NCBI GenBank assembly: GCA_051003195.1
Contig: JBPCLP010000008.1
Location: 160,001-224,000, forward strand
Origin: Candidatus Sumerlaeaceae bacterium
GTDB lineage: Bacteria; Sumerlaeota; Sumerlaeia; Sumerlaeales; Sumerlaeaceae
Reading direction: 5' to 3'
Length of the DNA stretch: 64,000 bases
Numbering within the stretch: the first letter of the stretch is position 1; every line of letters starts with the position of its first letter. A model generated the notes under the pieces. The model made no database searches. It was not told where the DNA came from and worked only from the letters and a program-made list of their open reading frames with translations. Both the position numbers and the translations under genes were made by a program. This document shows positions 1 through 10,332 of the stretch, piece after piece.

Positions 1-1526
1 CAGTTCCAGTCGCTTCCCTCAGCGATGTAGATTTCTTTCCAGGCCGCGTCGATCTGCTCCCTGCTCAATTCTGAGCCATGCATTTCAATGTGATGTTCGA
101 CCAGTTCACGCACTTCGTGCAGGTAGTCCCAGCTCTGGTTGTCTTCCTTGTGGCCGATCCAGATGCCGAAGTCGTGATTGATCCAGCTCCCCGCGTGCAG
201 GCGCGGCAGTGTGCGCTGCGGTGGATAGTGCTCCAGGTAATCGCAAATGCGCGTGGTCCGCACGTACTGTGAATGCGACAGGTAGGAGTAAAGCTTGCGC
301 AGAAAGGGCAGGCCGTCGTCCGCGTAATGTTCCCAGCAATTTTCCCCATCCAGGATAATCGAAACAAGCAGCGGGCGCTCCGGGTCGCCGTGCGCGCGCC
401 CAATTTCTTCCAGTCGGCTCAGCAAATCCTGAGCTGCATCTTCTGCCGGCCAGCCGCCATATTGAAAGCCGATGAGATCACTTAGATAGTGGTCGCGAAA
501 CAGAACGGCAATCTTGTTGCCCTCATGTTCAGCCCAGTATGGTTGGTACAATAACTCTCGATTTTGCACGGTGCCGGAAACGCTGCGTAAAACGACTTCG
601 CCCACGGACGCGCACAGAATCTCTTCGTCCGTAGCGATCCATTGGAGTCCCTGGCGCTTGAGCATGGGCAGAAGCTCCGGCGCGACACTGCCCTCGCTGG
701 GCCAGAGTCCGCATGGACGGCGCCCAAATGTTTTCTCGTGAAATTCGACTGCATTACGCAGCTGCGATTCTGCGTCTTCGGGATGCTGGAAACGCTGCCG
801 TGGCAGATGCGTTGACGGGCGAGCAATCGAGGCTAGGTTAGTGTCGACCAGTAGCGGCATGATCGGGTGATAAAAAGGAGTGCAGCTCAATTCGATCTGC
901 TCCCTTGCTTCTGCCTCGCGATACGCTGGTACAATTCTCCCGCACAGCCGGCGATGCGCCTGTAACACCACCTCTTTGTCGTCGTCGGTAAAGTCGCGGT
1001 CTTTTGCGATCAGGTCGCGCAAGGCGGAATCGTGCTCGCGATGGAGCGGATCGATCCACGTAAGATTGTACCACACCTGCAAATCGCGAAAGTCCGCTTC
1101 TGTAAAATAATGCAGCGCGCGGTTAAATTCCGCGTCTGATTTGGCCCAGCCACGCTTATCGTAAAGTTCCTGATAACGGGGGTAGGGGCGAATCATTGTT
1201 TCCGGGTGCGCATGAAAGAATTTTTGCAGGATGAACAGCCGCTCGGTCTCGTTGAGAGCAGCTGCAGGGCGGCGGCTCAAATCCCACACCAGGTCCGTCG
1301 CTCCATTGACGGCAAAGTCCTGTATCTGTTCAACCAGGGACGGCACGAGATTAAAGTTCATCCGGATGTCGGGGAATTCTTTAAGCAGCTCCACCATATC
1401 GAGGTAGTCTTTGACGCCGTGCAGGCGCACCCAGGGCATCAGATATTTGCCGGAGCGACGATCTTTGTAATACGGCTGGTGCATGTGCCACAGCACAGCG
1501 ACATGAACTGGATGTGAGTTAGACAT
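1..1526 (-). CDS. Glycoside hydrolase family 57 protein (amylopullulanase/alpha-amylase-like), 3'-partial at window edge
   Basis: Own translation from ATG at 1526: MSNSHPVHVAVLWHMHQPYY (GH57 HxHQP motif); frame appears open to position 1. Absent from the ORF track, probably because its stop lies outside the window. Confidence 0.88.
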   Translation of the reverse strand, partial: MSNSHPVHVAVLWHMHQPYYKDRRSGKYLMPWVRLHGVKDYLDMVELLKEFPDIRMNFNLVPSLVEQIQDFAVNGATDLVWDLSRRPAAALNETERLFILQKFFHAHPETMIRPYPRYQELYDKRGWAKSDAEFNRALHYFTEADFRDLQVWYNLTWIDPLHREHDSALRDLIAKDRDFTDDDKEVVLQAHRRLCGRIVPAYREAEAREQIELSCTPFYHPIMPLLVDTNLASIARPSTHLPRQRFQHPEDAESQLRNAVEFHEKTFGRRPCGLWPSEGSVAPELLPMLKRQGLQWIATDEEILCASVGEVVLRSVSGTVQNRELLYQPYWAEHEGNKIAVLFRDHYLSDLIGFQYGGWPAEDAAQDLLSRLEEIGRAHGDPERPLLVSIILDGENCWEHYADDGLPFLRKLYSYLSHSQYVRTTRICDYLEHYPPQRTLPRLHAGSWINHDFGIWIGHKEDNQSWDYLHEVRELVEHHIEMHGSELSREQIDAAWKEIYIAEGSDWN

Positions 1527-1666
1527 GGGTTGTTCCAATGACACAGCACGATTTACGCACGTCAATGCGAACACGCATGCTGTCCATTTCGCGGTTGGAA
1601 CTTGGTTATTGATCGTGTCCGATTGAGATCAAGCATCGCGCGAAGATTCCAGCGGGAGGGGTTGGC

Positions 1667-3010
1667 TTGAGGCGTTTATATCAAATTTTGCTGATGATCA
1701 GTGTGCTGTTCGGGGGTGTGGCTAGTGCGCAGGATCCCGCATCGACGACTGCGACAGCCACTTCCGACGTAATCGACACTTCCACGGATTATCTAAGCGA
1801 TGAGGGGTGGCGCAGGCTGCCGCGCGAGGCTCGCCGAGCACGGTCACGCGCGCAAATGCTCGCCCGATTTGAACCGTCGGGGATACCGTCTGCTGAAAAA
1901 CTGGATACTTATATCGAACGGTTCCGACAGATTAACATCTACGACCCCCGACTTGCTACGTTTAAGGTGCGGGCGGACCGGGTCCCAGGCACTACGGGTA
2001 CGGTGAAGCTGGAAGGAGAAGTATCAGTCGGGCGATACAAAAGCGGAATCGAAAGCGCGCTGCAAAATCTCAATTTTACCGTGGCTGAAAACCGGATTGC
2101 CGTGCTGCCAGCCGAAGAACTCGGCGCGGATATTTATGGCTTGTCCACCACCGCAGCGGCGACCATGCGTAAGGAGCCTCGAGACCGAAGTGAACAGGTG
2201 AACAGTGTGCCACTCGGCGGCATGGTTCGACTGCTTCGCGTCGGTCGACAGGATGACTTAACTACCGCGAACGCGGGATGGCGCGGCGGGGGAACGCGCA
2301 GTAGACACGGCGAAGCAGGACAGGGTGAAAATTCCGCACCGACGGCGCTGGAGGCTGGCGACTGGTACCTCGCACAAACAAGCGAAGGTTATCTTGGCTT
2401 TATGCGGTCCGATGAAATCTGGCGGACAAATCAGTATCGTCTGGCAGATGGGGTGCTTACCAGACCGACAACCGTAACTGTCGAAGATGAAACGATGGTG
2501 TTGCCGGTCGGAACGCTGTTATGCTCGACTTCAACCGGGTACGCGCTGGGACCGCGAGGAAAGCGGATTATGGTTGAACATTCCATGGCGGGATTTGGCC
2601 GGCCGGTCTTCACTTCACAGCAGGTTCTTGATCTGATGAAGCCGCTGATGGGGGTACGGTACGTCTGGGGCGGAGTGACGGACAGGGGAATCGATTGCTC
2701 CGGGTTCACCCAGTTTCTGTGGAAAACCAAAGGCATTAACCTCCCGCGCGATGCAGAAGAACAGGCGACCGTCGGGCAGATTGTGGCCTGGGGCAAGGAT
2801 GTGGAAAAAGCTGCCCAACCGGGTGACCTGATCTTTTTCATGAATGAAAGTGGCCGGGTCAATCACGTGGCGGTTTCCCTGAGCGGCAAGAGTATCATCC
2901 ATTCTTCGGGGCAGGATGTCCACCTTTCGGACCTCGATGAGAAAAAGGAAGATATGGATGCGTCCATGCTCGACCGCATACTCTATGCGCGACGGGTGCA
3001 GGGGCGTTGA
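1667..3010 (+). CDS. Secreted NlpC/P60 (C40) peptidoglycan peptidase with SH3-like region
   Basis: Signal peptide; YVWGG..GIDCSGF, LPRDAEEQ, PGDLIFF, HVAV catalytic motifs. Confidence 0.9.
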   Translation: MRRLYQILLMISVLFGGVASAQDPASTTATATSDVIDTSTDYLSDEGWRRLPREARRARSRAQMLARFEPSGIPSAEKLDTYIERFRQINIYDPRLATFKVRADRVPGTTGTVKLEGEVSVGRYKSGIESALQNLNFTVAENRIAVLPAEELGADIYGLSTTAAATMRKEPRDRSEQVNSVPLGGMVRLLRVGRQDDLTTANAGWRGGGTRSRHGEAGQGENSAPTALEAGDWYLAQTSEGYLGFMRSDEIWRTNQYRLADGVLTRPTTVTVEDETMVLPVGTLLCSTSTGYALGPRGKRIMVEHSMAGFGRPVFTSQQVLDLMKPLMGVRYVWGGVTDRGIDCSGFTQFLWKTKGINLPRDAEEQATVGQIVAWGKDVEKAAQPGDLIFFMNESGRVNHVAVSLSGKSIIHSSGQDVHLSDLDEKKEDMDASMLDRILYARRVQGR

Positions 3011-3148
3011 AGGCATGGTGTGGTATACCCGCACGCCCATGCGCCGGCTTAAATCTGCTTAAATCCATTTACCGGTTATCCGGAGATGTACTGACTATCG
3101 GTTTGACACAGGTTTACTGTGAGAGAGACTGGCCGTCCCACGTTACCA

Positions 3149-3243
3149 GTGTGCCGAATCAGTAGTTCCTTACGCAGACCAAAGGGCAGACTTGACCTCG
3201 ATTCGGCACACAGAACAGATTACGAACTAACGGCAGACCCACA
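3149..3243. repeat. ~90-bp dispersed hairpin repeat, copy 1 (MITE/REP-like or structured RNA)
   Basis: Closely similar to 21973-22063; inverted repeat gtgtgccgaatc (3149-3160) / gattcggcacac (3200-3211). Confidence 0.85.
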
Positions 3244-3269
3244 CTAGAGAGAGAAGTTCCTTAGCCCAG

Positions 3270-4412
3270 ATGATTGCATTTCAAAATGTTAGAGCGTCCC
3301 ACGAGAGTTTCCTCAAAGAATACTTCCGAGACCTGCAGAAGATCTTCCAGTCAGAATCGCCGGACTTTATCGGCAATTCGAAGTCGAAAACGCTGGGCGA
3401 ATTTGAGCACGCAATGGCGGAGTACCTCGGCGTGAAGCACGCACTTGGGCTCAACAGCGGAACCGACGCGCTGCTTCTGGCACTGGATGCGCTGGGTGTA
3501 GGTGAGGGCGATGAAGTAATCATGCCCGCCTTCGGTTTTATAGCCACTGCCGATGTCGTGGTCCGCCTGAAGGCAAAGCCTGTGTTTGTCGACATCCAGC
3601 TCGAGACATTTAACATCGACCCCACGCTGATCGAAGGTGCCATCACAGAGCGCACCAAGGCCATTATTCCAGTTCACCTGTTTGGGCAGGCGGCCGCTAT
3701 GACGGCGATCATGGAAATCGCGGAGCGTCATAATCTTGCACTGATCGAAGATGTGGCACAGGCGTGCGGTGCAGAGATCGCGGGCAAAAAACTCGGCGCT
3801 ATTGGTACGTTTGGAGCCTTCAGCTTTTACCCCACCAAGAACCTGGGCGGCGCCGGTGACGGTGGGCTGATCGCAACGAATGACGACGAACTGGCCTACA
3901 AGATTCGACTGTTCCGTGACCATGGCCGGGGAGAGCGCGGTTTTGAGACGATCGGTTACAACAGCCGCCTCGATCCCATCCAGGCGCTCTACCTGCGCTA
4001 CAAGTTGGAGGAGCTGGATGACAGCGTGCTCGAGCGCGTTGCGAACGCGCGGCTTTATAACCAGTTGTTCGCAGAGACCGAAGTCATTGTGCCTGGTATT
4101 CCAGATGGGGAAGACATGCGGCACACGTTTAACCTCTACACGATTCGCATTCGCGACCGTGAGCGGGCCCAACGATTCCTGAATGAGAAGGAAATCTCCA
4201 CAGCGATTTACTACGATGTCGTGATGCCGTATACGCCTGCTCTGCGGTTCCTGGGGCATCGCGAAGGCGAATTCCCGAATTCGGAAGAAGCAGCGCGCAC
4301 GGTCATCAGCCTGCCGGTCTGGCCGGGACTCAGCCGTCAGCAGATCAAATCCGTGGCTACCGCGGTCACACAGTTTCTCGAGAACAACATCGAGCTTGGG
4401 CTGCGCCATTAG
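3270..4412 (+). CDS. DegT/DnrJ/EryC1/StrS family PLP-dependent sugar aminotransferase
   Basis: NSGTDAL, IIPVHLFG, IEDVAQA, SFYPTKNLG (PLP lysine), GYNSRLD. Confidence 0.95.
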   Translation: MIAFQNVRASHESFLKEYFRDLQKIFQSESPDFIGNSKSKTLGEFEHAMAEYLGVKHALGLNSGTDALLLALDALGVGEGDEVIMPAFGFIATADVVVRLKAKPVFVDIQLETFNIDPTLIEGAITERTKAIIPVHLFGQAAAMTAIMEIAERHNLALIEDVAQACGAEIAGKKLGAIGTFGAFSFYPTKNLGGAGDGGLIATNDDELAYKIRLFRDHGRGERGFETIGYNSRLDPIQALYLRYKLEELDDSVLERVANARLYNQLFAETEVIVPGIPDGEDMRHTFNLYTIRIRDRERAQRFLNEKEISTAIYYDVVMPYTPALRFLGHREGEFPNSEEAARTVISLPVWPGLSRQQIKSVATAVTQFLENNIELGLRH

Positions 4413-4427
4413 TCTGAACGCATCGCA

Positions 4428-5384
4428 GTGAGCTCCGTCGGGTCTTCTATTCTCATAGCGCTGGGCGGAAATGCCATTTCCCCGCCGGGTGAAGAAGGCA
4501 ATGTGCAGCAGCAATTTGCGCACACCGAGGAGAGCATGCAGGCGGTGGTGAGCGCGGTGGCAGGCAAGTACGACCGCGTCGTCATCACACATGGTAATGG
4601 GCCGCAGGTCGGGAACATTCTCCTGCGCAGCGAGATCGCCGCGCAAGGCGGGCTATACCCACTCCCGCTCGACACCTGCGTTTCCGCCAGCGAAGGCGGG
4701 ATGGGTTACATGATCCAGCAGGTGCTGCACAATGTGCTGCGCCAGCGGGGCCTGACGATTGGTGTGGCGAGCCTAGTGACCCAAACGGTTGTAGATGGTA
4801 AGGATCCCGCATGGGCGAACCCCACGAAGTTTATTGGACAGGGATACCCGCTGCAGGAAGCACAGGCACTCATGGCAGAGCGCGGGTGGCGAATGAAGGA
4901 GGATACATCCCGCGGTTGGAGGCGCGTTGTTCCTTCTCCTGCACCGATGGACATCATCGAGCTGCCAGCAATTCGCGCGTTACTGGATGCGGGTACGTGG
5001 GTGGTAGCTGCAGGCGGCGGCGGTATACCCGTGCTGCTCAATCCACAGGGACGGTTACTGGGAGTCGAGGCTGTTGTCGATAAAGACCTGGCGTCGGCAC
5101 TCCTGGCGCGGCTGCTTGGAATCGAATTGCTGGTAATCCTGACCGGGGTTGATGAAGTGATGCTGGATTTCGGAACCCCCAGCGAACGCACGATGCGAGA
5201 GGTCACGGCCGATGAAGCCGAACGGTATTTGCACGAAGGCCAGTTCCCGGAAGGCAGCATGGGGCCTAAGATCCAGGCCGCTGTTAACTTTGTCCGAGAG
5301 GGTGGGAAGCCGGTACTTATTACGTCGACCGAAGCTTTTGCAGCGGCCGTGCGCGGGGAAAGCGGAACGATGGTAACTGCTTAA
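4428..5384 (+). CDS. arcC: Carbamate kinase
   Basis: IALGGNA, THGNGPQVG, NPTKFIG, GGGGIPV, VEAVVDKD, GSMGPKI. Confidence 0.95.
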   Translation: MSSVGSSILIALGGNAISPPGEEGNVQQQFAHTEESMQAVVSAVAGKYDRVVITHGNGPQVGNILLRSEIAAQGGLYPLPLDTCVSASEGGMGYMIQQVLHNVLRQRGLTIGVASLVTQTVVDGKDPAWANPTKFIGQGYPLQEAQALMAERGWRMKEDTSRGWRRVVPSPAPMDIIELPAIRALLDAGTWVVAAGGGGIPVLLNPQGRLLGVEAVVDKDLASALLARLLGIELLVILTGVDEVMLDFGTPSERTMREVTADEAERYLHEGQFPEGSMGPKIQAAVNFVREGGKPVLITSTEAFAAAVRGESGTMVTA

Positions 5385-5397
5385 GCGCCGGAATGTT

Positions 5398-6384
5398 TTA
5401 AGGCGAAAGTTGCTTCTTCTTCGCTTCCTTGTATTGACCGGTAAGTGATATATTGATGGCCACTGCGGCCTGTGCTCCTTCGGCCGCCGCGATAATTACC
5501 ATTTGCGCATTTCGCGAAGCGTCACCTGCGCAGTAGAGCCCTTCGACTTCGGTCTGCTCGCAATCTCCTGTCCATACGCAACCCTTCTCGGTAATGGTGC
5601 AGCCGAGTTTCTCGGCAAGCTTGTGTGCCAAGTGCTGGCCCGTCACAAAAAACAATGCATCGCACTCTAGAACATCTCCATTCACGAACACAATGCGCTG
5701 CAAGTGACCACCTTCGCCTTCCAGTCGCGCAATGCACTCCTGCCGGACAGCGATTCGTAAACCGTCCAGATACTGCAGGCGGCCATCGTCTATCTCACAC
5801 GGTCCATCTGTACAGAGCACCAGGTTTCGCGACCATGCGGTCAGCTCCTGTACGCTGCAGAATCCGACATCGCATTTTCCGTAAACCACGATCCGCTTGT
5901 CGCGCCATTCGTAACCGTCGCAATAGGGACAGTGGTGAACACTGATGCCATAAAACTGCTCGATTCCTGGAATCTGCGGTATTTCATCTATGACGCCCGT
6001 AGCCAGCAGCATTTTACGTGAAAGATAGTTTATGCCATCATTCATAACGGTCACAAAACAGTTTTCCGGTGTGCGAATCACATCAACAACACGGCCGTCT
6101 TTCCAGGTTACGGTGGGATAGCGGAGCAGTTCTTCGCGACACAGCCGGCTGAATTGTAGCGGCGGCATGCCCTCGCGCGAGAGGAAGCCGTGCATCGCAA
6201 GGGAGAATCGGTTGCGTGGTTCACCCGCGTCAACGACCAGAACTTTCCGACGGCAACGCGCCAGGACGAGGGCAGAACTCATGCCCGCGGGCCCACCACC
6301 GATGATGGCAACATCGTAGACATCGGGCTGACTGAGGCTGGGGAATCCAAACGCCGTTTGTGGGGCAAACTCGTCCTGGTTCAT
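5398..6384 (-). CDS. NAD(P)/FAD-dependent oxidoreductase (thioredoxin reductase-like)
   Basis: IIGGGPAG FAD motif, HCPYCDG CxxC, GLYCAGD; start may be as far upstream as 6420. Confidence 0.9.
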   Translation of the reverse strand: MNQDEFAPQTAFGFPSLSQPDVYDVAIIGGGPAGMSSALVLARCRRKVLVVDAGEPRNRFSLAMHGFLSREGMPPLQFSRLCREELLRYPTVTWKDGRVVDVIRTPENCFVTVMNDGINYLSRKMLLATGVIDEIPQIPGIEQFYGISVHHCPYCDGYEWRDKRIVVYGKCDVGFCSVQELTAWSRNLVLCTDGPCEIDDGRLQYLDGLRIAVRQECIARLEGEGGHLQRIVFVNGDVLECDALFFVTGQHLAHKLAEKLGCTITEKGCVWTGDCEQTEVEGLYCAGDASRNAQMVIIAAAEGAQAAVAINISLTGQYKEAKKKQLSP

Positions 6385-6435
6385 AGAAGGCCCAGGTCGT
6401 GCAAGAACTGCGCCGCGCATCTACGTGCAGGCGGG

Positions 6436-7800
6436 TTAATTGCCAACGCGTAACGCTCCATCCGATTCGAAGCGGATCGGCTTGACGCGAATATTACGGC
6501 AGTGGCCTGCATCATTATCACAACGCGCCGCGGTGGTCTGGTTGTCAATGGATGCGAACACGATGCGATCTGCGTGGCCCTGCTTGTCTTTCAAGAAGCT
6601 TCCGCCAGCAGGCCCGATCAGCGTGCTTCGATCGCGCAGGCGTTCTTGCCATTTTGGCGACGCCTTCAGGATCGGATTGTTGTCGGCACGCTTGAAAGGG
6701 CCAAGCGGAGTATCTCCGATGGCATAACCGGTTGCGTATTCGGGCGTGTTAAAAGAGTTCGCGGAGTAAAGAAGGTAGTACTTTCCACCTCTCTTAACTA
6801 CGGATGCCGCTTCGGCAATGCGCCGTTTGCCGCACGCTTTCTTCTCCCACTCTTCCATCGGCTCACCGATCAGGATACGGGGTTCTGGTCCTTCAGGCGG
6901 CAGTTTTAACCCGCGCAAATCCTCCCGCAGCTCGGCGCCCCACAGCAGGTTCTGGTTCTTCTCGTCGTTGATGCCACTCCAGTAGAGGTAAAAACGCGTG
7001 TGGCCCTCAGCGTTCACGTCGCGCAACGCATATGCGTCGATGGTTCCAACGACCCCATTCTTTCCGTCCGCATAGCCGGGGATCTCCTGGCCATCGAAGA
7101 GTGGGGCGGCATATTCGATGTATGGCCCCGCAGGTCTTTCGCTGCGCGCAACGCAAATGCGCTGGTAAGGCGAATCTGATGCCCACCCGCCCTTCCGCGC
7201 CTTTTCATATTCCGGACCCGAGGCATTGTAGAAAAGGTAGTAGGCGTCGTCGGGTCCTCGAAGTGCCTGCGGCGCCCATATGGTGTTCTGTGTGAATGTG
7301 CAGGCAGAGGTATGGGCATCAAGTGCGAGCCCGCGGTCGCGCCAGTTTTTCAGGTCGGAGCTCGAAAAGCAACGGATGCCCAGGCCTGCAGTGGTAGCAC
7401 CGGTGCTTCGTGTGCTGTCACCCGACGTGATGAAGAGATAATACAGACTGTCCGCGTGTAAGATCTCGGGGTCGGCGAAGTAGTTTCTGGAGAGGCGACT
7501 TCCCACTTCCGTGCTCTTCAGCGGTAGCGGCGCAATTTCGGCCTTGAGACGCAAATAGCCGCTATTGTCGACGGGCGGGTCGGGCGCTTTACTCGAGGAA
7601 CGTGCCGGGGCTTCAGCAGAAATGCCCAATGCCGCAAAAACGGCCAGCCAAATATGAAATGCCTTTATCGTTCGCAACGTCCGGAGTAAAAGTTCCGTGC
7701 GCACTACAGCGTCCGTTCGGAGTACAGGCTTTAGCCTGGGCAGGCCTAAGCATAACGCCCGGACTCCACAGCAGCACACGCAATGTCGCCCATTCATCAT
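6436..7800 (-). CDS. Glycoside hydrolase family 43 protein, secreted
   Basis: FADPEI, IWAPQ, GTIDAY, AEAASVVKRGGKYYLLYSAN; real start probably nearer 7704. Confidence 0.88.
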   Translation of the reverse strand: MMNGRHCVCCCGVRALCLGLPRLKPVLRTDAVVRTELLLRTLRTIKAFHIWLAVFAALGISAEAPARSSSKAPDPPVDNSGYLRLKAEIAPLPLKSTEVGSRLSRNYFADPEILHADSLYYLFITSGDSTRSTGATTAGLGIRCFSSSDLKNWRDRGLALDAHTSACTFTQNTIWAPQALRGPDDAYYLFYNASGPEYEKARKGGWASDSPYQRICVARSERPAGPYIEYAAPLFDGQEIPGYADGKNGVVGTIDAYALRDVNAEGHTRFYLYWSGINDEKNQNLLWGAELREDLRGLKLPPEGPEPRILIGEPMEEWEKKACGKRRIAEAASVVKRGGKYYLLYSANSFNTPEYATGYAIGDTPLGPFKRADNNPILKASPKWQERLRDRSTLIGPAGGSFLKDKQGHADRIVFASIDNQTTAARCDNDAGHCRNIRVKPIRFESDGALRVGN

Positions 7801-7998
7801 AGTTCACACCTTTCTGGTATCCACCCAGACGTTCGACAAGCGAATTGCGCGTTGTAGAGCATTCGAAGTTGAACGCTTGATTCCGCTCAGGCTGAACCCT
7901 GGGCTCCGAACACAGATTCGCATTGCTCCTGACATCTGCGGCGGCATGTTTCGCATTCGCGGTCCCCAATACTGCGGCAGGCATCCGGGAGTTATACT

Positions 7999-10269
7999 AT
8001 GTTCGTTCGCTCTACCACGCTGTTGTTGCTGGCCCTTTCAGGAATTTGCTGCGCATCGGACTGGAAACCGACAAGCGCGCCGATCATGACACGGTGGGCA
8101 AAGGACGTTTCGCCGGCAAACGTCCATCCCGAGTACCCGCGCCCGCAGATGGTCCGCAAGGAATGGCAGAACCTTAACGGGCTGTGGGACCTGGCAATTG
8201 TGGAGGACCCCACAAGCGGCGTGACGCCGCAGCCGCCGCAAAAATTCGATCACAAAATCCTCGTTCCGTTCCCCGTGGAGTCGTCGCTGTCAGGTATAGG
8301 CAAGCGCGCGAAACACGTGTGGTACCGCCGAAGCTTCGACGTGCCGAAGGAGTGGACCGGCCGGCGCGTCATGCTGAACTTCGAAGCCGTCGATTATGAG
8401 TCGCGCGTGCTGGTCAACGGCAAGAACATTGGTCAGCACCGCGGTGGGTACGATCCCTTCTCGTTCGACATTACAAACGCCCTGACCAGCGGCACCAACG
8501 AGTTACTTGTCGGCGTCTACGACCCGACGGACCAGGCGGACCAGCCCCGCGGCAAACAGGTCACCAATCCGCGCGGCATCTGGTATACCCCCAGCACCGG
8601 CATCTGGCAGACGGTGTGGATGGAGCCTGTAAACAAGCTTTCGATTTCTCACCTGGAGCTGATCCCGGATGTAAATCGGCACGCAGTTTCGATTTCTGCT
8701 GTCACACGCGAAGGTGTGGGAACTGCCGCATTGAAGTGGAAGGTTTCGCAAGACGGAAAACAGATCGCGCACGGCGAGCAACCAGCAATGCCCGAGCAGT
8801 CACCTAAGAATGCGACAACAGGCGGTGCAATTACTTCCACGATCACACTGCCGGCAGAGCTAAAGCTCTGGTCGCCGGAAAGTCCTACCCTTTATGATCT
8901 TCAGCTATCACTGGAAGCCGATGGCGGCGTCGTGGACGAGGTCGTCAGTTACTTCGGCATGCGCAAACTGGAGATAAAGTCCGACGGCAAGTTCCAGCGC
9001 ATCTTCCTGAACGACAAACCCATCTTCCAGATGGGACCGCTCGACCAGGGCTTCTGGCCAGACGGACTGCACACAGCGCCCACGGACGAAGCGCTGCGCT
9101 GGGACATCGAGATGACGAAGAGGCTCGGGTTCAACATGACGCGCAAGCACATCAAAGTCGAGCCGCGCCGCTGGTACTACTGGGCCGACAAGCTGGGCAT
9201 CCTTGTCTGGCAGGACATGGTCAGCGGGAACAACAAGACGCCTGAATCGAAGCAACAGTACGAAGCCGAGTTGAAACGCATGATCGACACGCACTGTAAT
9301 CATCCGTCGATCATCATGTGGGTGGTATTTAACGAAGGTTGGGGACAGTACGACAAGGAGAACACGGCGCGGCTTGTGGAGCAGGCGAAGAAATGGGACC
9401 CCACGCGCCTGGTAAACAATGCCAGCGGATGGATCGACATGGCATGTGGCGACGTCAAAGACGCGCACCGCTATCCAGGTCCCGGTGCACCTGATCCCGA
9501 AACGACCCGCGCTTCCGTCCTCGGTGAATTCGGTGGCCTGGGACTACCCGTGCAGGGTCATACGTGGAGCCAGCAGGGAAACTGGGGCTACCAGGGCACG
9601 TCGGACCGCGAGAACCTGATGAACCGCTACGAGCAGCTAATGCGCCGCGTGTGGCTGCTGAAGGAACAGAAAGGACTCTGCGCGGCGGTCTACACCCAGA
9701 TCACCGACGTCGAAATCGAAACCAATGGCCTGATCACCTACGACCGCGAAGTCGTCAAGGTCGACGAGGAACGCATCCGAAACGCGAACACCGGCAAACT
9801 CCCGCCCATCGAAATCACGGAGGTGGTGCCCACCTCAGAGAAGCAGGGGATCAACTGGCGCTACACCTTCGACAAGCCGGCGAAGGAATGGAACACGCCC
9901 GCGTTCGATGACTCCGGATGGAAGGAAGGCCCGGCGGGATTCGGCAAAGGTGATCCATCATGGCCCATCCGAACCGCATGGCACACGAAGGAAATCTGGT
10001 TGCGGCGGGATATCGAAATTCCAGCAGGCATTGATGTAAACGACCTCTACCTGAACGTGTTCCATGACGAGGACGTTGAAGTTTATCTCAATGGTGAACG
10101 GGCCGTGCGGGAGCGCTTCTATCGCACCGACTACGAGGAAATGCCAATCGGCGATAAAGCCCGCGCCACGATCAAGCCGGGCAAAAACAAAATCGCGGTG
10201 TACTGCAAAAACGCCGAGGGCGGCCAGTACATCGACGTCGGACTGATCGCCATCCGGACGAAGAAGTAA
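7999..10269 (+). CDS. Glycoside hydrolase family 2 protein with C-terminal jelly-roll domain
   Basis: EYPRPQ, LNGLWD, FEAVDY, GPLDQGFWPDG, RKHIKVEP, NHPSIIMWVVFNEGWG, LGEFGG. Confidence 0.93.
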   Translation: MFVRSTTLLLLALSGICCASDWKPTSAPIMTRWAKDVSPANVHPEYPRPQMVRKEWQNLNGLWDLAIVEDPTSGVTPQPPQKFDHKILVPFPVESSLSGIGKRAKHVWYRRSFDVPKEWTGRRVMLNFEAVDYESRVLVNGKNIGQHRGGYDPFSFDITNALTSGTNELLVGVYDPTDQADQPRGKQVTNPRGIWYTPSTGIWQTVWMEPVNKLSISHLELIPDVNRHAVSISAVTREGVGTAALKWKVSQDGKQIAHGEQPAMPEQSPKNATTGGAITSTITLPAELKLWSPESPTLYDLQLSLEADGGVVDEVVSYFGMRKLEIKSDGKFQRIFLNDKPIFQMGPLDQGFWPDGLHTAPTDEALRWDIEMTKRLGFNMTRKHIKVEPRRWYYWADKLGILVWQDMVSGNNKTPESKQQYEAELKRMIDTHCNHPSIIMWVVFNEGWGQYDKENTARLVEQAKKWDPTRLVNNASGWIDMACGDVKDAHRYPGPGAPDPETTRASVLGEFGGLGLPVQGHTWSQQGNWGYQGTSDRENLMNRYEQLMRRVWLLKEQKGLCAAVYTQITDVEIETNGLITYDREVVKVDEERIRNANTGKLPPIEITEVVPTSEKQGINWRYTFDKPAKEWNTPAFDDSGWKEGPAGFGKGDPSWPIRTAWHTKEIWLRRDIEIPAGIDVNDLYLNVFHDEDVEVYLNGERAVRERFYRTDYEEMPIGDKARATIKPGKNKIAVYCKNAEGGQYIDVGLIAIRTKK

Positions 10270-10332
10270 CCGGCGCGCTCAGTCTTCATCAAGTGCTCCT
10301 TCCGGAGCGAACCTGATAACAATCAAGCAGTT

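Noticed and set aside
3351..4646. Long antisense ORFs (e.g. 431 aa opposite DegT; also 32688-33584 and 11983-12807)
   Set aside because: Shadow frames of well-supported genes in GC-rich DNA, with no recognisable motifs
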